Shown here: in pieces, positions 1 to 12,100 of the stretch
Position numbering within the stretch: the stretch's first letter is position 1
Layout of the letters: every line of letters starts with the position of its first letter
From: Macrostomum hystrix
Lineage: Eukaryota; Animalia; Platyhelminthes
Length of the DNA stretch: 64,000 nucleotides
NCBI GenBank assembly: GCA_950097015.1
Contig: CATNEN010000010.1
Span: 496,001 to 560,000 of the forward strand
Reading direction: 5' to 3'
Notes under the pieces: model-generated
Databases searched by the model: none
Told to the model about the DNA's origin: nothing
Seen by the model: the letters and a program-made list of their open reading frames with translations, nothing else
Program-made: the position numbers and the translations under genes

Positions 1-3000
1 AGGTAGTCCTTCTTCATCTTCAGCCAGTGCCGCTTGCCGGGTTCGTACACGCCGTCCAGCGACTTCAGCACCAGGCCTTCGAGGCCTTCGTTAAAGACGC
101 GCTTTAAAAGGCGCTCAAGCGGAGCCGGACTGCGAATCAGCTCCGCCTCGGACAGGTGAACTCGGTGCTTCACCTCCTTCATGCTGCGCTCCAGCACCTG
201 GGATTCGATCCAGGAGTGACAGAGTGAGGAGTGATGGAATTTTGTGAACTACAAGCACTCATCTACCTTAGAGTTGCCGAGCAATATTAAGCTAAGCTAC
301 AAGAGCACTTTACCAACATAAAAGTACAAGAGCGTTTACTTCGCGTCTCTCCTTGAGCGGCCGCAGCATGAGGTTGTCGTTATTGAACTGCAGACAGTCG
401 AACACAAACAGGCACACCGTGGCGTCCTTGAACGCTTCCTTCTTGTGCCGGCCGAGGGTGCCGAAAGGCAGCGGCTTGTCAGTCTTGGTGTCCATCAGCA
501 GCACCTCGGTGTCCACAATGAGATTGTCACCGCTGGGAAATGCGCGCGGAATAAACTCCTTGAGGTGAGCGACCTGCGGCGGGAAGATGATGGGATTTTA
601 GTGGTGTGGAATTTCGATAATCACAATTAAAAAGGATTTTAGGCCTGAGATTCGACATTACGGACTCAACTGAAAATGAAGATATATTTTATTAGCTTTA
701 GGCCCTAGAATGTGGATAGTGGGATAAGTGGATAGTGGGATAAGTGGATAGTGGGATAAGTGGATAGTGGGATAAGTGGATAGTGGGATAAGTGGATAGT
801 GGGATAAGTGGATAGTGGGATAAGTGGAAAGTGGGATAAATGGAAAGTGGGATAAGTGGAAAGTGGGATAAGTGGATAGTGGGATAAGTGGATAGTGGGA
901 TAAGTGGAAAGTGGGATAAATGGAAAGTGGGATAAATGGAAAGTGGGATAAGTTTGGATAGTGGGATTTGGAGTGAAATGGAGGGATCTGAGAGGGGTCG
1001 AGGAACTAGAATGGGGGACAATGGGATTTAGTGGGATTTTAATGAGAATAGGGTACTTCGAGGGGGGATAGTGGCTTCTCAAAAGCAATGTGGTGTAAAT
1101 ATATTACGGAAGGGATTCGAGAATTCTTGATAATCAAAGACTGCGGCTTAATATAGATATTTTACTAAATGCTTTTTCGCGAAAACTTTTTGGGATATGC
1201 TCCGTTTCGGAATGCGGCCGTGAGTGCTCCGTACTCACCTTGTGAGGCTGCACGGGCTTCAGGGAGCGGCTGAAATATGAGAACTGCTGGCCCTGCTTGT
1301 GCACCTGCACCCGCTCGCCGTCGTATTTGATTTCAGCGTAGAAGCCGTTGGGACAGCGGCGCATGGCCTGCAGAGTTGAGAGCGAGAGAAAACTCTGGCG
1401 TCACGTGAATGGAAGAATTTGGGACAGTGCGCGATGATGTGTAGTGGGATTATGGATACTGGGGATAATGAGGTGGGATTATGGATACTGGGGATAATGA
1501 GGTGGGATTATGGATACTGGGGATAATGAGGGTGGGATTTGGATACTGGGGATAATGAGGTGGGATTATGGATACTGGGGATAATGAGGTGGGATTTGGA
1601 TACTGGGGATGATGAGGGTGGGATTTGGATACTGGGGATAATGAGGGTGGGATTTGGATACTGGGGATGATGAGGTGGGATTATGGATACTGGGGATAAT
1701 GAGGGTGGGTTTTGGATACTGGGGATGATGAGGGTGGGGATGATAGGATATTTAGATAATATCTCATTGATATGGGACAGGACTGCCAACCTGTTCCACG
1801 GAGCGACATGCCTCGGCCAGCATTGGCAGCACAGGGGTCATGAGGGCGGCTCGCACGCTGAGGTTGCGTTTCACAGGGCTGGCCTTGGCGGCCAGGGCGC
1901 GCCAGAGAACGTCGTGCAGATTTCTGGAGGCCTGGTAGGCAGCGTAAGCGTTGGGGTCGATGGCGTCCAGGATGTGCTTGGCGCCGGCGTTCATGCGCAG
2001 GTCGTGGCGGACCAGGCGCAGCACCATGCGCAGGTCGTTGCCTGTGCACCTGGGTGAGGCAAGAGGCAAATGTCCAGACGGTAATACTATTGTAGTAGTA
2101 TCAGTGGAATACGCAAGCGCCAATAATTTGAATTCGCGCGAATTCCTAAAGAAATTCAAATTTCTCAGCGCAACAAGCCACCATCGCCAGCTCACTTTGC
2201 CGCCAGCTTCTTGAAGGCGGCCGCCTGGTCGTCCTCGCGACTGAGGCCGGCCAGACCGTCCAGGAAGGCGTCCACGTCCTGCATGCTTAGACAGCTTTTG
2301 GCTGAGCCGCTGCCGCGCTTGTCGAATTCAGCGCCCACCGTCTCCGCGATGTCGCCATTGGAGTTCAGCTGGTCCTGCGGTGTGGAGTGAATTTGAGTTC
2401 AGCTTGAAGTTTCTAATTCTCGAACTGAAATGCCTGGCTAAGCTGCCCACCAACCTGCATGGCGTCAATTGAGACATTAAAGACGCCGCTGAAGATCTTC
2501 AACAGCTGACGGTCTTTCAGGTTGTAAACGCGCTTTTCAACACCAGGCAGCAGCAGTCGGATCAGCAGGCCCAGGTCACCTTTGAAGCCGCCGCCAGTGG
2601 AGCCTCTGCAAAGGAGTCATGGGACACGCTTGGAGGGGCGCTGACCGAAACTGAGGATCTGAGAGGCGGTGACCGAAACGGAGGATCTGAGGGACGGTGA
2701 CCGAAACTGAGGATCTGAGAGGCGATGACCGAAACTGAGGATCTGAGGGGCGATGACCGAAACTGAGGATCTGAGAGGCGGTGACCGAAACTGAGGATCT
2801 GAGGGGCGGTGACCGAAACGGAGGATCTGAGGGGCGATGACCGAAACTGAGGATCTGAGGGGCGATGACCGAAACTGAGGATCTGAGAGGCGGTGACCGA
2901 AACTGAGGATCTGAGGGGCGGTGACCGAAACGGAGGATCTGAGGGGCGATGACCGAAACTGAGGATCTGAGAGGTGGTGACCGAAACTGAGGATCTGAGG

Positions 3001-3755
3001 GGCGCTGGCCGAAACTGAGGGGCGATGACTAAAAGGAGCTTCGCTCACTTGGCCAAGAAGTCGGCCAGAATTCGAGTCTTATCCGAATAGCCCGGCCGGT
3101 CGGCGATTTCGGCCACCAACTTGCGGAAGGTGCGAAACGCATTGTCCTTGGCCGCGTCATCCTCGGAAACGCCCGGTCCGGCCATAGACAGTGGCGCCCG
3201 CGTCGGCGATGATGAGGAGGCGGAGGTCCCGGCAGCGGAGGCTCCAGCGAAGACCTTGACAGGGCTGGTAGGCAGGGTGGTCTGCACCAGCTTCTTTGGC
3301 GACGCCTTGCCGCCGCCGGCAGCAGGTTTGTTGCGCCGCTTCTCTGCCAGATCGTCGATGAGGCGCTGCAGCAGCTTTTTGTCGGCGTCCTGCAGCGAGT
3401 CAGCGCCATCCAGGTCGTCCAGCGACTCCACCACGCGGGTGGTGGCACGGGCGCGCTCGAAGGTGGAGAACAGGCAGCCGGGGTGGTACCACATCTTCAT
3501 CTCGCCGCCTTCAGACGAGAAAGGATTGGCGCCCACCTTGCAGAGGCGCAGCTGGTCCTTGTCGATCTTCTGCTTGCACTGCTTGCAGCCGGCGGTGCCA
3601 CGCTTGGCGTACTCGCAGCCGAAACTGCCGACATTCGACATGACCGAGGCTTCTAGTTCTGGAGATCGGCAGTTGAGATGGCACAACCGGGGACTCGCGC
3701 AAACTGAAGAAGCAGGGAGAACGAGAGACTGCAGGCTGCACTGACTTTCCTGCAT
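1..3755 (-). CDS. LIG3: DNA ligase III, multi-exon, 3' end outside window
   Basis: PARP-type Zn finger (CEYAKRGTAGCKQC...WYHPGC) in 3049-3641. Further exons ~2456-2607 (GDLGLLIRLLLPGVEKRVYNLKD), ~2193-2374, ~1785-2048 (CTGNDLRMVLRLVRHDLRMNAGAKHILDAIDPNAY...MTPVLPMLAEAC), ~1239-1369 (active-site EIKYDGERVQVHK), ~333-563 (EVLLMD...PLPFGTLG) and 1-200 (EGLEGLVLK...YEPGKRHWLKMKKDYL). GT-AG boundaries. Start is ATG 3641 or in-frame ATG 3755. Confidence 0.96.
712..960. repeat. 16-bp intronic minisatellite (gtggatagtgggataa)n
   Basis: Direct tandem copies visible in a LIG3 intron; source of the spurious ORFs 698-1088. Confidence 0.95.
1444..1742. repeat. ~29-30-bp intronic minisatellite (gtgggattatggatactggggataatgag)n
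   Basis: About 10 tandem copies in a LIG3 intron. Confidence 0.95.
2640..3030. repeat. 28-bp intronic minisatellite (gaccgaaactgaggatctgagaggcggt)n
   Basis: About 14 tandem copies in the LIG3 intron starting at donor 3048. Confidence 0.95.
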
Positions 3756-3946
3756 GCCAGTCTCTAACCGAGCGCACGTTAAAATAAGCCACAATAACAA
3801 AACAGGCGATTAAAAATGCATCAAAACCAACCTCGGAGTGAAATATATAGATAATGTATTTCACTAAGCTTCAAAATGAAAGTTTACAAAACAAAATAAG
3901 CTTTGGAATCTGCAAGCTGCGATGCGAAACGAATGCCAAAGTGGCG

Positions 3947-5967
3947 TCACTTTAGCCAAGGCGAGAGCATCAGAGCCAGCCGTGGCAGCAGCAGGCAGGT
4001 GAGAATGGAGGACAGAAGGTTCACCAAGTGATTGTTCAGCACGTGACAGCCGCTGATGTGGCGCACACGCGGGCCCGGGTGCTCAGTGACCAGGCCGGTG
4101 TCAATGTCGAAGCCTATGGCGATTTTCGGGGGTTTGGATGGTAATGATTTTACCCATCTGGCGGGAAGAATAAGTACTGGAATCGGCCCAGAAGGACCGA
4201 AATCAACACAGAAGGACCGGAATCGGCCTACAAAGACCGGAATCGGCTCAGAAGGACCGGAATCAGCCAAGAAGGACGGAATCGGCCCAGAAGGACCGGA
4301 ATCGGCCCAGAAGGACCGGAATCGGCCCAGAAGGACCGGAATCGGCCCAGAAGGACCGGAATCAGCCAAGAAGGACGGAATCGGCCCAGAAGGACCGGAA
4401 TCGGCCCAGAAGGACCGGAATCGGCCCAGAAGGACCGGAATCGGCCCAGAAGGACCGGAATCGGCCCAGAAGGACCGGAATCGGCCCAGAAGGACCGGAA
4501 TCGGCCCAGAAGGACCGGAATCGGCCCAGAAGGACCGGAATCGGCCCAGAAGGACCGGAATCGGCCTACAAGGACCGGAATCGGCTCAGAAGGACCGGAA
4601 TCAGCCAAGAAGGACGGAATCGGCCCAGAAGGACCGGAATCGGCCCAGAAGGACCGGAATCGGCCCAGAAGGACCGGAATCGGCCCAGAAGGACCGGAAT
4701 CGGCCCAGAAGGACCGGAATCGGCCCAGAAGGACCGGAATCGGCCCAGAAGGACCGGAATCGGCCTACAAGGACCGGAATCGGCTCAGAAGGACCGGAAT
4801 CAGCCAAGAAGGACGGAATCGGCCCAGAAGGACGGAATCGGCCCAGAAGGACCGGAATCGGCCCAGAAGGACCGGAATCGGCCCAGAAGGACCGGAATCG
4901 GCCTACAAGGACCGGAATCGGCTCAGAAGGACCGGAATCAGCCAAGAAGGACGGAATCGGCCCAGAAGGACCGGAATCGGCCCAGAAGGACCGGAATCGG
5001 TCCAGAAGGATCAAAATTTGCCCAGAAGGACCGGAATAGGCCTTTCAGCAGTTTATGCCCAATTCATCACTTGTTTGGTGCTCACCGGAGTATTGCAGAG
5101 TGGCACCGAGCAGCGAGTCTATCAGAGAGCCGATGCCACCAGCAGCAGCTCCGGCAGCCAGCAGCAGCGGCAGCTGAGGCGGAGCCTCAATTAGGTCCGC
5201 GGCCGGCACAGTGACGCAGACGGCTAGCCAGTAGGCGAGGCCAACGAGGCCGCCGCCCGCGCAGCTGGCCGCGGTGCCCACCAGCGACACGCCACCGTTG
5301 GTGCCGGGGGGAACACGGCGCAGGCCGACGATGAGGCGCGGCTGGCCCCAGGGGAATGCGGAGCCGAGCTCGGAGGCCCAGGTGTCACCGCAGCAGGCGG
5401 CCAGGGAAGCCAGCAGGGCCAGGGAGACATAGGAGGGCGAGGGGTAGCGGACCAGGTCGATCGGCAGCTCGGGGCGAGGTGGCGAGGCGAATGCGAGGTA
5501 GGCTATGGCGCATAGTGCAGCGGCGCCGCCATTGCAAATCACCTGTGCAGGTGGTGGAGATGGAGGTCGATTGAGATGCTGGCAAGTGGAACTTTCTCCA
5601 GGTGTTTCCAGTGCCGAACCTGAATCCAGTTGCGCCGTGCGACCCGCTCAAAGTCGGCCTCGAGCCGGGCCTTCCGGCTGGCGCCAAGGCGGGTGACGTA
5701 GGAGCCGGAAGCGAAGAAGGCCAGCAGGGCGGCCACGTAGCAGGCGTTGGCATAGGCCAGCAGGGCTCCGATGGCGTAGCCTGTTTTGTTGGTTTTAACA
5801 AATCAATGCTCGAAATCAAAACCAGGCCAATAAAATGTTAAATGACTTTGACAGTTCAGCTCCTTACCAAGCACTGCTCCGGAAACAGATAGTGACTTCT
5901 TTTTTAGGCCGGCCCTGGCCACGATAAACGGAAACACCAAAGTGAACACAAGCCTGAGGTAGAACAT
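3947..5967 (-). CDS. TMEM19: Transmembrane protein 19 (DUF92 family), 4 coding exons
   Basis: Exons 5967-~5868 (MFYLRLVFTLVFPFIVARAGLKKKSLSVSGAVL), ~5780-5623 (...RRNWIQ), ~5544-5085 (VICNGG...GDTWASELG...VPPGTNGGVSLVG...IDSLLGATLQYSG) and 4113-3947 (FDIDTGLVTEHPG...NNHLVNLLSS...). Motifs match TMEM19. Confidence 0.93.
4180..5040. repeat. 20-bp intronic minisatellite (aaggaccggaatcggcccag)n with recurring variant block
   Basis: About 43 units in the last TMEM19 intron; source of the spurious 327-aa ORF. Confidence 0.95.
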
Positions 5968-7980
5968 GGTCAGCTGGAACTCACATCATCCTAGGCATAT
6001 TTAGTAGTACTGGAATGTATGTATAATGTTGCATAATAATGATGCTTATCATAGTTTGATAGGCCGAGTACACACTCCAAGCAAAAGTAAATAGAAATGG
6101 TTCAAACATTTCGGAGTTAGAGCTTTACAGACAAAATTTTGGTTTAGTTTTGATTTTGGGTCAGGAAAGTTTCAGAAAATGCTGGTCCAAAATTTAACTA
6201 ACTTCAAAGCTGTATGACGTCAGCATCGTCAAGATGTTCAGTGATTATTTTCGAAGACCCTGGTGACAAGGACAGCTAACATTACTCTGCACCATTTTAC
6301 AATCCCCATTTCTAGGCACTTTTGTTTTACAATCCCCATTGTAATCCCCACTGTATGGCAAATTCATATTGGTTCAATCATCAAATAGCTACCTATGTAA
6401 CCAATACAAAAATATCAACAATATTTAGAGATGGTTGAAGATTTTTAGAGATACAAAAACATGTGGGCATTTGAGATACCCCATGGACTTTCTACTGTTA
6501 AGGAATGAACCAAAACATTTCTGGACTCCTCAATCTGTTTGGACTACAATCAGTCAATACTTAGCCTTTGAACTTTGTACCCCAACACAAAGCCTAAATT
6601 TGTGGCCTAACATTGCTTTCAAGCTTTTTTCCCAGGCATATTGGGTCAGGCTGATTATGTGAGTTGCAAAATAATATTATAAATATATTTCATGGCATTA
6701 AATAAGATAATTAAGATAGACATACACATAAGCAAATGTAAATTTTATTTTAGAACACAAATTAGGGGCCTACTACAGATAAAAAAACTTAGAAGTTTCA
6801 AAAGTTGCTTTACTTGTTTTCTTTTCAAGATTAATTATTTTTAGGCACTGTTTACTGCCACAGTATAGCATAATGCAGCCTATTGTTATAGTCTTCCATA
6901 CCAATAAGCAGCAGCTACTGCTACAGTATTGAAGCAATAGTCTGCAAGTTATTGGCATGGTAGTGGCAAAAATGATTGCCATTTTTTATAATTCAACAAC
7001 AGACATAGTTTTGGTTTCCCACTATAAATTATTTTAACACAGGCTTAATTACCTATCAAATGAGCCCCTAACAACCTAGAGGCCGACAAAAATACAATCA
7101 AATATATATGTGGATACCCTGCAAGTCTAAATTTGTGCCATGTATGGAACTAGTGACAACTTATTTAAGATGTACCTCCAGGAATTTATGTGGCACCAAG
7201 TCTTCTCTGAGCATCAATTTGGCAATAACTTATATTGGATTGAACATTATTATCACTTGTGACTCCTTTTTGACTGAATTGCCTATAAATTGACTTGCTA
7301 TGCCTACTAACTCCTTAGGCTTTAAAATATGCTAAAATGTGTTAAAATAATTTAGAGTGGGAAACTGAAACTATGCCCAGCAACAAAAAAATGGTAGCAA
7401 TGTTGCAGTTCCATTGATAATTAGATATTCTTTCATTTTACAATCCCTATTTCTAGGCACTTTTGTTTTACAATCCCCATATAAAAATTTAAATACATAG
7501 TCCAAAAACAGAAATCTGACAAAATGTTATCCAATCAGTGTAACTGCAGGGCAGCTTACTGGTGTTTATTTAAACCAACTTGGAACTGAGCAATCAAATG
7601 GAACACTATATTCACTTTTGTATTACAATCTTTTTAATAGTGAAATTGTATTGAGGGGTTCTGAAAACGGGCATATGCACCAGCACTGGAGTGGTAGAGG
7701 AGTGGTAAATCAGTAACTTGTGTTCTAAATATACCTCATTGACAAACAAAAAAGACCTGCCTGGATGAGTATATTTTAGAAAGGTGATAATGAAACGAAA
7801 GAATGCCGATAACTCTTTGAGTTCAAATGACTTAGATTATGACTCATTAACCTTTACACTGATTAGAAGTATTAGTAGTAGTAGTCGATGTTTTTAAGTC
7901 ACTATAAGTGTTTAGATAACTCAAGTCACCCTGTTAAGATTGACTCTCAAAAAGTAGGTTAGGGGCCTAACACTGATATA

Positions 7981-8280
7981 ATTCTGGCAATTTCTTAGTT
8001 TCCCGCGTTAAATTATTTTGTAAGTCCAAGCAATAAGCAATTAAGCAATAAGAAGTCCAAGTCCATATATAAAAGTCCAGGGGCCATAGATGGGATGTCA
8101 GGGATGTCAGACAGCGGGGTAGTAGTGCGCAATCCAGAACATGATGTTGCCAAACTGCTTGTGCGGAAACTGGCGGCGCCACATGTACTCTTGCAGGTAC
8201 GTGTCAAGGAGGACAGTCAGCTCCCGATGGAAAAAGCAAAAAAAATAATTTAACGCGGGAAACTAAGAAATCGCCATAAT
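7981..8280. mobile_element. 300-bp MITE-like element with 39-bp terminal inverted repeats
   Basis: 7981-8019 is the reverse complement of 8242-8280 with 2 mismatches; no ORF; no clear TSD. Confidence 0.55.
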
Positions 8281-9152
8281 TCTTAATAACTGCTAGGCCT
8301 AACTGATAATAACTGATGAGGGAATAGAAGGATGGGCAAGGGCCAAGAAAGGATCAAATTTGCCTGCATCCTTTGCATGCACGGAATGCATCAAATGCAT
8401 CAAAGTAATAATAGTTTAATACGAATACTGTGTGGTGTCTTTGAATTTTTTAATATCATTTCTTTGAAAGCAAAAATTGAATTCACGCACAGGTTACGCA
8501 AAAGTAGAATCTGTTCTTTTTCAATGCTCTAAAAGGTTGTTTTATATAAAATAAAAAGAGCTAATTAAGTAAAGTTTTAACAACATAGATAAAAGTAAAA
8601 AATACATTTTTGGACAGTAAACAGCATTAAACTGTTCTAGTATCAAGTGAACTACTAAATAATTTAATTGTCAATTGTCCTTAGTTTAGTAGATGATTTG
8701 CGAATTTAATAAAAAGGGGATATCAAAAGATTGATTATAAAAGCTCAAAAAGTGCTAATAAAGTTAACTCGTAATTTTCGACTCATGACAATCATTATAG
8801 GCTGTAACGTCCTACGCCTTCAAATAAATTCGTTTGGAGATCTTATAACATTTGTTTGCACGTTTCGGAAGTTAAAATAGGCCAAAATCGGTTTTATGAT
8901 TCGGTTTTTTTCGACGAAAAGTTGAGCATTTACATTCGTTTTAAGATCTTGAAAAATCGAGCTATTGTTTTTAGCAAAAGTTTAGTCTGTTTTATTTCAG
9001 TAATTAATAAAGTTAGCGATCGCATATTTTTTCTGTTTGCTTGTGTTAATGTTATTGTAATTAACTTATAAAAGTTACCTGTAAAGATTTAGTGGATATT
9101 TTATAAGTAAGAATTGAATTAAAAAAAGCAAAAGGTCTTGATATTCAACATT

Positions 9153-12100
9153 ATGGGGGTTCCTAAGTTTTTTAGATGGATAAGTGAACGTTATCCATGC
9201 CTATCAGAAATTGTTCGAGAACATGAGGTAAGCTATATTACTATTTATAAGTTACAAGTTATACAATTCTTTCTGTGCAAATCCCTGGACCATATTATAT
9301 TTATATTTTTTAATATAAGTACTTGCTAATTTCTAATTTGAATTCTTTCTAATGACTGAGACTAGTACACAATATCACTATGCCTAGCTATCATATCCAT
9401 AGGGTTTAACAGTTGGCCCAATTAAAAAGTGCCATTTGATTGACATATATATCTAGCATGTTTTTATCATCATATTTAGCTATAGAGATATAGAGAAAGG
9501 CTAACCATTTTTATGTCCTATGCCTCTGTCTATATTCTTACTAAACTTTATTTCCAATAATGTGAATCCCACTGCTGTTACTAAGGTTGTCCTAGAGCTT
9601 CCTTCTTATTCAATATTAATCCTAATAATGCCACCAAAGTTGTTACCGGGCTAATTTTAATCCTATTGCTGTTACCAAAGTTGTTGTAGGCCTTTTATAC
9701 TTTTGTCAATCTTATGAATGTCTTTAATTATTCGCTTTATGTGTTTCTTATCTCAATTCAAATTGGTAGCGTTTATGTATCCAAATATGGTAGCGTTATA
9801 CTTTCAATATGGTAGCGTTATACTTTCAGTATGGCCGGTATCTTTCCTCTATATCCCCTTCTACTTATAACTTTACTGTATTATTTCTATAATTACTCTG
9901 TATTAATCTTTATCCGTCTTTATCTGTCTTTATCCGTCTTTATCTGTCTTTATCCGTCTTTATCAGTCTTTATCCGTCTTTATCAGTCTTTAGCACTCTT
10001 CAATTATTATTCAGTTAACCTTCAATTTAGTCCTCAGTCCGTCTTCTGGGCTTTACCAGTGGATCTAGATTTACAGCTTTTCTTCACTCTATTTACTTCT
10101 CTTTCACGATGTCTCTTTCGCAAATAACTTCAATATGAACACTTTAAGATTCAAGCTTTTCTTACTTTGAACTCTTTCCAATCGAGGTGGTACGAGTTGG
10201 TTTTTCTCTCTTCGCTTTGGGTGTATTTATACTAAAGTTTCTCATCACTTCCGCGACTTCAGTATAACTATTATAATTTTCGGTGCAGATAAACAAACAG
10301 TGCATTAAAACAAAATTTTTCGTAACATTAAAACAAAACATATTTAATTTCGCGGGAACAATTTCTAGGAAAAATAAAGCAATCGGAAACCCCATCTCAT
10401 TTATAACACCACAGACTTACTTACAATGAATTACACTCAAAATAGTGATGTCAATTGTCTTTTCTTTGAGTCATTTAGTCGAAATAAGGACTCGACCTTT
10501 TAATATTTGTATTATTTACATTGTCACATTTTCTAGACATTTTGGCATTATAAAATTTTTCAAATAAATATATTTAAGTACATAATTATTGAATATTGCA
10601 AATAAGTTTAGAGCTTTTTATCATGTAAGCCCAGAAACAGTTAATAATATTGAAATTATATAAACTAATCAAGTTGGGGCATGTTTTGGCACCCATATAT
10701 AAATATACAAATCCGGTCCATTTCGGCAACAAGTCATATCGGCGACAACCATTTTGGCAACAAGTCATTTCGGCGACAACCACTTTGGCGACAAACATCG
10801 AAACTGCAGTAATAATGGATCTGATAGTGTTTGCTTATTGAGTATGTAATGTATTTGATTCTTCTACTTGTTAATGTATTCCTGTTATAGTATTTGTTTT
10901 AACATGTAATATAAATAGCTAGTTTGGATCAGTTTGGTCTGCGCTCTATGTGCGTCAACCTCACCTGTCTTACTTATAAGTAGCATCATTTGCCGTCACC
11001 AATATTTTATAACTAACATGTTTGTTATCGACTTCGTTATTCTACACAGGTAGAAGTGCTGTCACGACTTTCGTCTCTGCCTTCTGTCCTCTATTCACTT
11101 TTCATTCTCTGCACTTTTCTTGTGCAAAATAAATTTGTTCCACAACTTCAAAAGTATTGTCGCCGAAATGGTTGTCGCTGAAATGACTTGTTGCCGAAAT
11201 GGTATGTTGCCGAAATGGTATGTTGCCGAAATGGACTGTTTCCAAATATACATGGCTATGGCAACTATGTGTCAATTGGCGTTTAGTCCCATCCCTGATT
11301 CCAAAACAACTATTGACAAACCAACAGAAATTTTCTTAATAAAAAGGACATTAAGACTTTAAACTCAATTTTGCTTTAATTTCTTTCAACAAGGTTTCTC
11401 TAGTTACAGAATAGTTTGCTAAGGCAAAAAAAAAATTTATCGATTTTTATTGAAACTTGAATAAATTGGCTAAATGATTAAGCTGAGGTGCTAGTTTAAT
11501 AAAGAGCACATAGGATACATGAAAAATGTGCAATGGTCTTAATTTCTAAAAAATTGTAAAAGTTTATCATATTGAAACTTTTTCTATGCAATAGATGCCA
11601 GCAGAGGTGTCGCAGCTGCCAGCTCAGCAGTCTTCCTCTTTATAACTGATTGCGTAATTCGCTCGACCTCTTGTTCTTTCCTCTTCCGAATGCGATCCTG
11701 CGCCTTGTGAAGCTCTTCAAGCTCATTTTTGTGCACCTCTGCTTTCCAAGGAGCTTCTTCAAGCAACAGAAGTGCAGCACTGTTTTCTTTATTTTTTTTT
11801 CTCAATTTCCCTTGCATTTGATGCAACATTCACTTGCAATGAGTTGAATTGATTGCTAGCTTTCTTGTCCACCTCCACTTCAGTGAAAATCTCTTTCGTT
11901 AGCTTTTCATGGCACTCTTGCTCTGCTTCCACTGCCTCATCCTTCAGTCTGTGTCAGTATGCCAAATGAGCACTTGCGCACATGTTCAGGAGAGCTAAGG
12001 TGACAGGCAGATTCGCAGCAGTCCATTTCTTTACAGACAAACAGGAATGAGTGACAATTAAGGCCTTGATGGTGAAGGGTGTCAAACTTGTTCACTTCTT

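Noticed and set aside
4056-5039. 327-aa ORF and overlapping ORFs
   Set aside because: Translation of a 20-bp intronic minisatellite on the antisense strand.
11288-11298. cccatccctg as an Ac-like TIR (CAGGGATGGG)
   Set aside because: No partner TIR or 8-bp TSD found; orientation does not fit the adjacent transposase.
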